Origin: a virus
Lineage: Duplodnaviria; Caudoviricetes
Direction: 5' to 3' (one strand)
Virus record (IMG/VR): IMGVR_UViG_3300025174_001223
Coordinates: 1 to 37,123 of that record
Length of the DNA: 37,123 nt
Shown: positions 26,207 through 34,658 of the stretch, piece by piece
Layout: every line of letters begins with the position of its first letter
Position numbering within the stretch: the first letter of the stretch is position 1
The notes under the pieces: model-generated
What the model was told of the DNA's origin: nothing
Seen by the model: the letters and a program-made list of their open reading frames with translations, nothing else
Databases searched by the model: none
Position numbers and translations under genes: made by a program

Positions 26207-26346
26207 AGGCCCTCCCGAGGCCTTTCTCTCCCGTAAACCCCCGGAGCGCCAGCGGCCGGGAGCAACCGCATTCGGGCAGGTGCGCGACTGCCCTAGGCGC
26301 TCCGGGGAGTGACGGAGGGGCGGTTGCCCGCCCCTCCCTTCACTCC
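26207..26346 (-). ncRNA. Candidate structured cis-regulatory RNA between capsid and glycosylation genes
   Basis: 10-bp hairpin with GCAA tetraloop, then a 12-bp closing stem enclosing two hairpins; one loop is complementary to the downstream SD. Confidence 0.5.
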
Positions 26347-26355
26347 GTGGTCAGG

Positions 26356-27798
26356 TTACGGCAGCCGACCCTCGTGGTAGAAGTAATCCACGCTCCGCTC
26401 CGTCACACCACCGTCGATCCAGTAATGATCATCGGGGTGCGTGTCGCGGCTGTGGGCCAGCGGGCAGTACAGCACGTCGAGGATCCGCGCCGACAGGTGC
26501 GGCGTCCGCAGCACCAGCCGCGGCTCGATCTTTCCGAGCCACTGGACGCACCAGTTCAGCGGCGGCTTGGCGTGCCAGAGGAAGATCCCTCCGTCCGTCC
26601 AGAAGTACTGCGTCATGCGGCCATCGACCACCGCCTGCATCGATCCGCCGCGGTAGTCGAAGTGCTCGAAGTAGGTCACCGGCATGCCGCGGGCCGTCAG
26701 CGGGACGATGTAGATGTCGCTGGCGAAGCAGCCCACCGGGATGGCGGCGTCCTCGTTGCTCGACTGCTCGGGGATCATGTCGTCGATGACCACCGGGACC
26801 TTCTTGCCGTCCACCAGCAGGTACTCGCCATTCCGCATGGCATCCCGGATGGTCGTCATCTCGGTTCCGTCGAGCATGACCTGCGCGTTGTTCAAGGTCT
26901 GGCAGCGGTCGCTGTAGTACGCGCACGCCCACAGATCCGTGATCACCCAGAACAGGTCCTGCCGCATGGCCAACGTGAGCACCAGAGGCTGTAGCCCCGT
27001 CCGAGTGGCGATGTGGTTCAGCCGGCGCAGGATGTTGGTCAGCAGGGTGACGATGTTCGGGTTGGCGGTGGGGCTGGCGATGTTCGTCAGGTTATAGTCC
27101 CAGACGATGGAGTCGAGGCTGGGGCAGGCGATCGCCGTCTTGGCGTCCACCTTGCCAGTGCCGATCAGCAGATCGAGGCCGTTGAATTCCTCGTACCCGC
27201 CGCCCGCCGAGTCGTTCACCGGGTTGGCGGCATACAACTGGCGTCCCAACTGGTTCTGGAACGCCACGCCGACCTCGATGAAGCGCTGCAGCACCTCAGC
27301 GCCCTTCAGGGCCTGCTGCTCGCTTGGGATCGTCGGGAAGATCGAGGACCCCAACTGCGCCGCCAACGGGCTGTTGATCAGCGTCAGGTCGAGGAACTCG
27401 CCCCGGTTGATCACCTGGCCGACCCGGTTGATTTCCATCTCGCGGGTCATGAACGAGTAGCGGCCGAACGGCGCCGTCTGCAGGCAGGTCTTCATCGGCC
27501 CCGCTGTCTGCGGATCGTCGCAGACTCCGTTGGCCACATCCCCCGTCACATCCCGGAAGCCGCTGATGTAGGGAAACAGGGGCCACATGTCGACGCTTGG
27601 CCGCACCGGGAGGATACCGGCCAAACCGACGGGCTGCAGGCGGGTGTGGATGACTTCCCGCTCGAGACCCATGACGCCGAACAGCCCACCCGGGCCGTGG
27701 ACGTATGGGTTCGAGGGCGTGCCCGTGGGCGTGGTGTGCTTCTGCACGACAGGCAGAAGCGCCTTCGCCAGGGCTTCCAGGATTGCGTTCTGGTCCAT
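26356..27798 (-). CDS. Major capsid protein
   Basis: 480 aa after protease/scaffold, strongly biased codons, EEFNGLD and VPVVIDDMIP...SDIY features of the HK97 fold. Confidence 0.85.
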   Translation of the reverse strand: MDQNAILEALAKALLPVVQKHTTPTGTPSNPYVHGPGGLFGVMGLEREVIHTRLQPVGLAGILPVRPSVDMWPLFPYISGFRDVTGDVANGVCDDPQTAGPMKTCLQTAPFGRYSFMTREMEINRVGQVINRGEFLDLTLINSPLAAQLGSSIFPTIPSEQQALKGAEVLQRFIEVGVAFQNQLGRQLYAANPVNDSAGGGYEEFNGLDLLIGTGKVDAKTAIACPSLDSIVWDYNLTNIASPTANPNIVTLLTNILRRLNHIATRTGLQPLVLTLAMRQDLFWVITDLWACAYYSDRCQTLNNAQVMLDGTEMTTIRDAMRNGEYLLVDGKKVPVVIDDMIPEQSSNEDAAIPVGCFASDIYIVPLTARGMPVTYFEHFDYRGGSMQAVVDGRMTQYFWTDGGIFLWHAKPPLNWCVQWLGKIEPRLVLRTPHLSARILDVLYCPLAHSRDTHPDDHYWIDGGVTERSVDYFYHEGRLP

Positions 27799-27838
27799 GA
27801 TGTCAACTCCCTCGATCGAAGATCAGGATCGACTCGGG

Positions 27839-29869
27839 CTAGGCTAGGGCGGCGGGCACGGCCGGAACTGCAGAGGCACCGAAGGCCCCATCGATCCACG
27901 CCTCGCCAACTTCCTTGACGGCCGGCTGGGGCGCGCCATCGGTAACCTTGGTGCTCTCGCTCTGGGACGGTCGGTTGTCCCACAGGTTGGCGCCTGCCTT
28001 CGGCTGCATGGCCGCGGCCACGATCTTGGCCGGCCCCTTCTCGATGGCCGAGACGCGGGCATCCTGGGACTTCAAGTACTCGTTCAGGCCAGGAAGGTTG
28101 ATGGCCTTGGTCACCGCCGTGGCGATGTCGGCCACCAGATCCTCGTAGCCCTTGGCCGCCGAGGGTCCCGGAGCCGGGACGGGTGCCGGGGGCGGCGCGG
28201 GGGCCGGATCTCCGGGCACCGGGGCCGGTGCCTCGCTCGTGATGGCCTTGTGCTCGATGCCAAGGTCCACGAGCGTCTTCGCCATCCCTGCAGTGGTCAC
28301 TTCCAAATCTGCCACCCTTTCCTCGCCCAACGCGGCGACGAGAGTGGCGCGCTTGTCCTCGCTGAATGTCATTTCACTCACCTCCTTGAGGATGGTGGAG
28401 AACGCAGTCCACGGGTTGGCTGCCCACTTCGCGGGCAGGACGGTGTCCTCGAAACTGCGGTACTTCGTAATATACCCGTTCTTCTCGTCGACGGAAAGGA
28501 CGAACATGCCATGCGACATCCCGAGGTCGGGCATCACGGCCTCGAGCGCGAGCAGTTCACCCGCCTCCTTTTCCGACAGCGGACCGCTCGCCACCACGAA
28601 GCCATCGGCGAAGTCGATCCAGTCGGCACGCTTCTCCCGCTGCGTTCCCGGCGTGTGCCAGATCCACAGTTCGGGCATGCGGTTCTTCGGATCGGCGTAG
28701 ACCCATTCGATGAATTCCCGGTGGGCCTCGCTGGTGACGATCTCGCCGCCCTTCACGGCGTTCAGGGCATGGGCGTCTCGGTCACGGAACTTGTTGGTGA
28801 CCCAGCCGACCCATCGCCACGATCCGTCGGCGGCCTTGATCACCGAGAAGCCCGATCCATTCTTCTCGGCCTTCTTTCCCGCCGCCCCAATGCCCTCGCG
28901 CTTGGCGGCAGCCCGGATCTTCGGCAGGGCCGCGCGCGCAATCTTGGCTGTGGTCCCCCCGCTACTCACCGCCGACGCCGCCCGGGACAGAGCGTTGCGG
29001 ATATGGGAGGCGTCGTGGATGGGATAGTGCCGGAGGGAGCGGGGCTCGGTCCGGCCACTCTCGTCCTTCTTGCCGCCCGGTTCGATGTATGCGAAAGCCG
29101 AGTCCGGCAGGTCATTCTTGCCGGCGCCGGTCAGCGCGCGCTTCAGGCTTTCGAACACGCTCTTGGACTTCTGCAGGCGGGTCTTGTAGCCGGTCGCCAG
29201 CGTGGCAATGGCGCTTGCCTTCTCGTCGGGCGAGATCTCGTCCGACCGCATCACGTTCTCGACCAGCGTCTGGAACACATAGGTGACGTCGTTGATGGCG
29301 CGGGCCTGATCCCTGGCCTTGATGTAGGCGTCGTAGTCCCCCCAGGACGCGGCCCCATCGAACGGGCGGTAGATTTCGTACATGTCGCCCGAGGCGACGG
29401 CGTAGAGGCTCTTGTCCTTCTCTTCGTCGGCGGCCGGATCTGCGTCGTCCGCCTCCGGCACCGAGGGAGCCGCGGTGCCCGGCTCGGGCGTCCTAGCCCC
29501 GACGATGACGCGCGAGATGTCGTCTATCTTGCCAGGCGAGCCATCATCGCCTTCGGCTCCAGTCTCGTCCCCGTCGTCCTTCCCCACAGGCACGGTGCCC
29601 ATATAGTCGGCGATGACGTTCGGGTCTGCCAAGGCCAGCGCGGCAAGCACCTCGGGGTCGCTGTTCGAGCCCTTCTCTTCCTCTCGACGTTCGACGGCCC
29701 GACGCTGTCGCCTACGGTCTTTGGAACTCGCCACCTCGGCCTCCTTCACTAGGCTTGCATGGCACATTGCGATGGCTCGCTTCTTGTCGACCCCTTCGCG
29801 AGCCATGACTTGTTGGACACACGAGTCCATCTTCCCCCATAGATGGCGCGGAACATTGCTGTAGGGCAT
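27839..29869 (-). CDS. Prohead protease/scaffold fusion with N-terminal accessory domains
   Basis: WRWVGWVTNKFRDRD...ELWIWH...GMSHG...EDTVLP..AANPWT protease-like core; LPDSAFA...RHYPIHDASHIRNALSR (DUF6582-like); Ala/Pro-rich scaffold tail. Confidence 0.8.
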   Translation of the reverse strand: MPYSNVPRHLWGKMDSCVQQVMAREGVDKKRAIAMCHASLVKEAEVASSKDRRRQRRAVERREEEKGSNSDPEVLAALALADPNVIADYMGTVPVGKDDGDETGAEGDDGSPGKIDDISRVIVGARTPEPGTAAPSVPEADDADPAADEEKDKSLYAVASGDMYEIYRPFDGAASWGDYDAYIKARDQARAINDVTYVFQTLVENVMRSDEISPDEKASAIATLATGYKTRLQKSKSVFESLKRALTGAGKNDLPDSAFAYIEPGGKKDESGRTEPRSLRHYPIHDASHIRNALSRAASAVSSGGTTAKIARAALPKIRAAAKREGIGAAGKKAEKNGSGFSVIKAADGSWRWVGWVTNKFRDRDAHALNAVKGGEIVTSEAHREFIEWVYADPKNRMPELWIWHTPGTQREKRADWIDFADGFVVASGPLSEKEAGELLALEAVMPDLGMSHGMFVLSVDEKNGYITKYRSFEDTVLPAKWAANPWTAFSTILKEVSEMTFSEDKRATLVAALGEERVADLEVTTAGMAKTLVDLGIEHKAITSEAPAPVPGDPAPAPPPAPVPAPGPSAAKGYEDLVADIATAVTKAINLPGLNEYLKSQDARVSAIEKGPAKIVAAAMQPKAGANLWDNRPSQSESTKVTDGAPQPAVKEVGEAWIDGAFGASAVPAVPAALA
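28031..28153 (-). repeat. 123-bp segment duplicated at 31297-31419
   Basis: 107/123 nt and 36/41 aa identical by manual alignment. Confidence 0.95.
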
Positions 29870-29880
29870 ACCTGTGGCGC

Positions 29881-29909
29881 ATTGTAGAACGCATACGCGT
29901 GCCGGTCAA
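29881..29909 (-). promoter_or_regulatory. Near-consensus sigma70 promoter for the protease-capsid operon
   Basis: TTGACC-17 nt-TACAAT, 11 nt upstream of the ATG at 29869. Confidence 0.7.
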
Positions 29910-30481
29910 GCGCGGCTACTCCGAACGCCAGCCCCCATCGAGCCGAGCGCATCCCTGATTCGACGGTTCATCGCCTTGGAAAGTTCGGCCCGGCCCCGCT
30001 GCCGCTCAGTGATCGTGATGTCCCAGCCGCGGGCGAAGTTGCCGGGATGATCCACGCGCGGCCGCATCGTCCACGGGCCACGCGGGCCGCCGCCCTGGCT
30101 GCCCAGCCAGCCCTGCCGGGTCTTGGCCCGATAGGAGCCACGGCCGGCCGTGCGGAAACGGAGCACCTTCGAACGCCTCGCTTTGATCAGGTGCGCCCGG
30201 GTGCCGAAGTTCAGGTAGTAGTAGACGCTGTGCTGGGTCGAGACCTCGAGCATCATGGCCTCGCCAACCATCCGGGGGCCGAACGTGCGGAACTTGGGTA
30301 GCCCGCCGGGGATCGGTTTGCCGTCCGTGCCACCCGCATTCCAGGTAGACGTGGTCTTTGCGAAGTCGGCCTTGATCATTTTGCCGACGTCGGCAAGACC
30401 ATCCTCCATCGCCCGGACCACCTTCTTGGGGTCGTAGGCCCGCAGGTTGCGGGTGATCGGCTTGAAGCGGATGATGGCCAT
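29906..30481 (-). CDS. HK97 gp10-like virion morphogenesis protein
   Basis: YYLNFGTRAHLIKAR.SKVLRF...RVDHPG, very basic. Confidence 0.7.
   Translation of the reverse strand: MAIIRFKPITRNLRAYDPKKVVRAMEDGLADVGKMIKADFAKTTSTWNAGGTDGKPIPGGLPKFRTFGPRMVGEAMMLEVSTQHSVYYYLNFGTRAHLIKARRSKVLRFRTAGRGSYRAKTRQGWLGSQGGGPRGPWTMRPRVDHPGNFARGWDITITERQRGRAELSKAMNRRIRDALGSMGAGVRSSRA
30381..30396. repeat. Palindrome TTGCCGACGTCGGCAA, copy 3 (intragenic)
   Basis: Exact match. Confidence 0.85.
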
Positions 30482-33400
30482 CAGTTCAACCCCGGCGATC
30501 GTAGCGTTCCAACCTCATGGCCACGACTCTTCCGCCACTCGCATTTGCATTCGAAGCCGTGACATTCCAGCGGATAAGACTGTGGGATCGCCCCGGCGGC
30601 GATCCATGCCTTCAGCCGGTGCCGCTGCCCATGATACCCGAGGCAGTCTGTGCAGTGCTCCTTCGTGCTCCCGATGATCCACTCGTACAGAGGGTCATCG
30701 GCAGCCGTCCCCAGACCCTCGTACCAGAGTACCTCGATGGCCGATGCCATGGTCGGCACCCGACGGAGCGCCTCCTGCAGGTCCCCATCGCTGTGGCCAG
30801 CCGGCAGCAGGGCGATGATCTTCTGCAGGCTCTGGCCGGCCCACACGACCTGGGCCGCCACGATCCCGCCTTCGTGGAAGTAGACCTCGACCGCCTCCTC
30901 CACCCCGCCAGCGTCCCGTCCATCCCCGAACGCGTCCCAATAGGCATCAACGGTCGCCTGGAAAGCCGAGTCCATGAACTCGGCCGCGTTCAATTCGCCG
31001 GTCGCCAACTGCCGGATCAGGGCGGCGAGGCGCTTCTCGTACTTGGTTCGGAGCGGCCGGGCACGGGTCTGCTTGAGGATGGCGACCTGGGTCGCGTGAA
31101 TGCCCGGCTTCGAGAGGATCTCCTTCCGCCGCTCTGCTGTCATCGTCGGCGGTGGGACGTCAAGGTCGATCAGGCCCATCATCTCGCCGACCATCTCCTG
31201 GTAGAGGCGTGCTGCCTCGGCCGGGGCTAGAGCATCCACCGAAGGACCCCGGTCCGGGGCTAGAGCATCCACCGAAGGACCCCGGTCCGGGGCCGTAGGT
31301 CCTTTCTCGATGGCCGCTACCCGGGCATCCTGAACCTTCAAATACTCCTTCAGGCCCGGAAGGTTGATGGCCTTGGTCACCGCCACGGCGATGTCGGCCA
31401 CCAGATTCTCGTATCCCTTGGACGCCCGGATCAGGTCCTCGAGACCGACTTCACCCAGCCCCTTCGGGGATGGCCGGGAGGCCGGCGGCGGGATCTCCTC
31501 ATCGTCCTCTCGAAGCAATTCCTCGATCCGCCGTAACTCGGCCTGCCGGGCTGGCTCGAACAGTTCGTCGATCAGCCGCCGTATTGGAGCCGACGGCTCT
31601 TCCCGGCGCCGACGGACGCGGCCCACCACCACCATCGGAGGCGCGGGCGGCGCGGGCGGCGGGATGGGAGCAGCCCCAGCCACGACTGTGATGGCCTGCG
31701 CCAAGTCCGTTTCCTGCACCTGCTGAACCACACGCCCCAGCAGGGCAGTGATGGCCTGGGCGAGGTCCGTCTCCTGGACCTGAGCAACTAGTACCGTCCG
31801 CAATATCGTGATGGCGCGGGCGAGGTCTGTCTCGCTCGCCTGGCCGATCAGCGCCGCCTTGAGCACCGTGATGGCCTGGGCAACGTCGGTCTCGCTGGCT
31901 TGCCCGAGCAGACGGCTCCTGACGACTGTGATGGCCTGGGCCAGATCAGCCTCTTGGACCTGTCCTACAGTCAGGGACTTGAGAACGGCGATGGCCTGGG
32001 CGAGGTCCGTCTCCTGGATCTGTCCTACAGTCAGGGACTTGAGAACGGCGATGGCCTGCGCGAGATCAGCCTCGGTAGCCTGGCCCAGCAACAGCGCCTT
32101 GACAACCGTAATCGCCTGAGCGAGATCCGTCTCGAGGACCTGATTGACCTTTGCGGGCTGGCCGATGTCCTGAGCGAGATCGGTCTCGAACGCCTGCCCG
32201 ATCAGGTACGTGCGAAGGACCACGACGGCTTGGGCGAGATCTGTCTCGCTGGCCTGGCCCACCGCATAGGCCCGCACCGCACTGATGGCCTGGGCGAGAT
32301 CGGTCTCGGTTACCTGGGTGATCGGGTAGGTGCGAAGCAGCGTGATGGCCTGGGCGGTGTCGGCCTCGGTCGCCTGGCCGACCGGGATGGTCTGGCCGCC
32401 AGCGGCCGCTGGCTTGTGGTCTACCACCACCCACAGCGCCGATACCCGGACGAAGTGGGTATCCGTGATCGTCTCGCGTATGCCGACCTGCGCCGCGTCT
32501 AAGTCGGCTTTTGTCCACGCCGTCGCGGACCCGCCGGGCAAGTCATACAGCGTCAGCGCATATTGCCTAGGCGTGGCTATTTTGTAAGACTGGTAGGAGG
32601 TGTCGCCAGCACCAGAAAGGGCGGCGCTTTCCTCGACCGTGCCCCCGGACGAGGCCTTGATGCGCAGCACGAAGTCCGGGTCCGCGCCACCCGCGCCGCT
32701 GATCGCAAACCGCACGCCCACCTGAACGCAGTTGATGACATCATCGGAGGCCATCGCCGCGGGCGTCGCGTCCAGGTTGTAGTCGTCGATCTGACCGGAG
32801 GTATTGCTCTGAACGTAGGTCGTCACGTCATCGGGTGGGGCCTCCTCTTCCTGCGACCAGTTGGCCCCGCTGTCCGTTCCGCCCCGCGTCCAATCCGCGT
32901 TGTCGCCCGCGGCGCTCGGCCGGAGCATGATCTGCTCGCCTTCGCCCGGCCAGGAGTTCTCGAAACTACCGCTGTTGTCGTTGATCGCTCCATCTTCGTA
33001 GATGATGTCCAACGTGGCATCGGCCGAAGGGATGCCCAGACGAAAGCGGTCGGGGTTGAGGGCCAAGTTAATCGTCCCCGATGGATTCCACAGCAGGGTG
33101 CTTTCGTCCGAGGCCGCGTACAGCCTAGCCTCGATAGCGGTGGAGGCCAATGTGGTCGAGTCAATGAGGTATTCAAGACGATACCAAGTGTCTAAACTGA
33201 TCGCTGACGAACTGGCTCCAACCTGGGCGGAGTCCTCCAGGTTCCAGAACTCCAGTGTCTCGTCAGCATTGATAAGAACCCCTACCCGGGCCGTAGCACC
33301 ATTCAGAGTTGCAATGATCGTAACGTCGTTGCCGGTAGCGCCAGCCACCACCTTGAAGTAGAACCGAGTCCAACACGGTCCTTGCGTCGTGCGGAAGATG

Positions 33401-33564
33401 TGCTGGATGTTCTCCGCGCCAGCAGCGCTGTTGATCCTGAGCGCCGCTGCGCCGGAGCGGAAGTCTGTGGTCTCAATGACTGGCGTACCAGTCGTCGATG
33501 TTTGCCAATCCATAGAAGCGGCGATGGTGTTCAGTTCGAACGGGAAGGACATCAGCCGGGCCAT
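30481..33564 (-). CDS. Mosaic virion protein: beta-sandwich N-terminus, 20-aa repeats, scaffold-like segment, MuF-like head morphogenesis C-terminus
   Basis: DTWYRLE (LamG-like); ETDLAQAI repeats; YEWIIG..EHCTDC...LECHGFECKC; ATG 33564 overlaps the upstream TGA. Confidence 0.75.
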   Translation of the reverse strand: MARLMSFPFELNTIAASMDWQTSTTGTPVIETTDFRSGAAALRINSAAGAENIQHIFRTTQGPCWTRFYFKVVAGATGNDVTIIATLNGATARVGVLINADETLEFWNLEDSAQVGASSSAISLDTWYRLEYLIDSTTLASTAIEARLYAASDESTLLWNPSGTINLALNPDRFRLGIPSADATLDIIYEDGAINDNSGSFENSWPGEGEQIMLRPSAAGDNADWTRGGTDSGANWSQEEEAPPDDVTTYVQSNTSGQIDDYNLDATPAAMASDDVINCVQVGVRFAISGAGGADPDFVLRIKASSGGTVEESAALSGAGDTSYQSYKIATPRQYALTLYDLPGGSATAWTKADLDAAQVGIRETITDTHFVRVSALWVVVDHKPAAAGGQTIPVGQATEADTAQAITLLRTYPITQVTETDLAQAISAVRAYAVGQASETDLAQAVVVLRTYLIGQAFETDLAQDIGQPAKVNQVLETDLAQAITVVKALLLGQATEADLAQAIAVLKSLTVGQIQETDLAQAIAVLKSLTVGQVQEADLAQAITVVRSRLLGQASETDVAQAITVLKAALIGQASETDLARAITILRTVLVAQVQETDLAQAITALLGRVVQQVQETDLAQAITVVAGAAPIPPPAPPAPPMVVVGRVRRRREEPSAPIRRLIDELFEPARQAELRRIEELLREDDEEIPPPASRPSPKGLGEVGLEDLIRASKGYENLVADIAVAVTKAINLPGLKEYLKVQDARVAAIEKGPTAPDRGPSVDALAPDRGPSVDALAPAEAARLYQEMVGEMMGLIDLDVPPPTMTAERRKEILSKPGIHATQVAILKQTRARPLRTKYEKRLAALIRQLATGELNAAEFMDSAFQATVDAYWDAFGDGRDAGGVEEAVEVYFHEGGIVAAQVVWAGQSLQKIIALLPAGHSDGDLQEALRRVPTMASAIEVLWYEGLGTAADDPLYEWIIGSTKEHCTDCLGYHGQRHRLKAWIAAGAIPQSYPLECHGFECKCEWRKSRGHEVGTLRSPGLN
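31221..31293. repeat. Perfect 33-bp tandem duplication (APDRGPSVDAL x2)
   Basis: Two exact units plus 7 bp. Confidence 0.95.
31681..32390 (-). repeat. Twelve degenerate, mostly 60-bp coding repeats (GQxxETDLAQAIxV)
   Basis: Visible 60-nt periodicity, variation concentrated at synonymous sites. Confidence 0.92.
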
Positions 33565-34121
33565 CAGTCTGCCTCCCACCCGGCGGCGAGGATGCGCGCC
33601 CGAAGATCAGCCAAGGCGTCGACGGCGTTTAGGTCCTCCCGGAACTGGCCGATCAGCGGGAACAGGCGGCAGGACACGGCTAGGCCCCACAGTGGCAGGA
33701 CTAGCAAGCGCCGGTCCACCAGCCGGGCGATTTGGAGGGTTAGCCCAGCAACGGTGAACTGCGCGTGGTCAGTCACGAGGGCGACAACATCCGCGCCGTG
33801 GTCACAGGCGCGCTTGATCGACCAATTACGAAAGCGGGGATGTGTACCCGTCTTGTTCTCGTCCCTCGCACCGTAGATGACATTGTGCGAGTCGAGCGTC
33901 TCCATGTTGTTCGGCCGGTTCACGCCGAAGGGCAGGACCTGATAGAACTTGGCGACGTGCGGGACCGCCAGCCCCGCGATGGTGTAGTACCTCTCCTCAT
34001 ATTCCTCAGAGGTCGAACCTAGCGGCAGGTAATTGGAAACGACCAGATTGGCAATGGCCGTGATCTGGCCGCGATTCTGTAGCGCCGTCCGGTTGTGGAT
34101 AAGGCAGATCGCCAGATTCAT
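33564..34121 (-). CDS. Hypothetical protein, possibly degenerate GT-A-like
   Basis: AGGAG SD; RNWSIKRACDHGADVVALVTD resembles the GT2 RN.G...A....D pattern. Confidence 0.65.
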   Translation of the reverse strand: MNLAICLIHNRTALQNRGQITAIANLVVSNYLPLGSTSEEYEERYYTIAGLAVPHVAKFYQVLPFGVNRPNNMETLDSHNVIYGARDENKTGTHPRFRNWSIKRACDHGADVVALVTDHAQFTVAGLTLQIARLVDRRLLVLPLWGLAVSCRLFPLIGQFREDLNAVDALADLRARILAAGWEAD

Positions 34122-34181
34122 TTAGTTCTCCTGGCCTGAAACTGTCGGACTTCGCCTCCGTTGCCGCGCCCCGGCCGTCGG

Positions 34182-34658
34182 CTATGCCGCCTGGAAGAAG
34201 CCCGCCGCGGCGATCTGCGCCGTGATGTCCGAGCCATCCGGGGTCACCACGAAATCGTGCTGGGTCATCGGGATGATGTCGGCCATGGTCTGGGAGCCGA
34301 CCGGGTCATAGCCGATGTCCAGATCACCGATGGCGCCGGTGCCATCGTTGGCCACGGCGACCCATGTCTGATCTGGGATGTCGAGGTTGACGACGTCGGC
34401 CCCATCGTCCGGCGCGAAGGCGGCCAGTTCAACATCGGTTAGGACCTTCTTGGCGTAGCCCGTGTTCGTGGCTTCGTTGGTCGTGCCCGACACAACGTCG
34501 GCAAATGTATCCTTGTCCCGTAGGACAGCATCCGTCTCGATGCCGGTGGAAGCCAAGAGCATGACGACCAATTCGGCGGCCGCCGGGTCGTTGGTGTCGA
34601 CGCGGTTGTAGAACTCCGCCGCACGGCCCTTGCTGGTGTTGAAAACGAAGTTAGCCAC
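34182..34658 (-). CDS. Virion structural protein (decoration or fibre-anchor-like)
   Basis: GGAGG SD; acidic beta-rich 158 aa MANFVFN...TPDGSDIT. Confidence 0.7.
   Translation of the reverse strand: MANFVFNTSKGRAAEFYNRVDTNDPAAAELVVMLLASTGIETDAVLRDKDTFADVVSGTTNEATNTGYAKKVLTDVELAAFAPDDGADVVNLDIPDQTWVAVANDGTGAIGDLDIGYDPVGSQTMADIIPMTQHDFVVTPDGSDITAQIAAAGFFQAA

Noticed and set aside
26306-26346. Classical intrinsic terminator after the capsid gene
   Set aside because: Strong hairpin but no U-tract on the transcribed strand; treated as part of the structured leader
28250-29752. Long plus-strand ORFs opposite late genes (500 aa here; also 7951-8787, 17301-18170, 27013-27918) and 781-1725 on the minus strand
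   Set aside because: Antisense shadows expected from high-GC codon bias, with no recognisable motifs
28031-31419. Duplicated segment as a DGR template/variable repeat pair
   Set aside because: Differences are not adenine-specific, both copies are coding, and no reverse transcriptase is in the window
31681-32390. Regular 60-bp repeats as a CRISPR array
   Set aside because: In-frame degenerate coding repeats with no unique spacers and no cas genes
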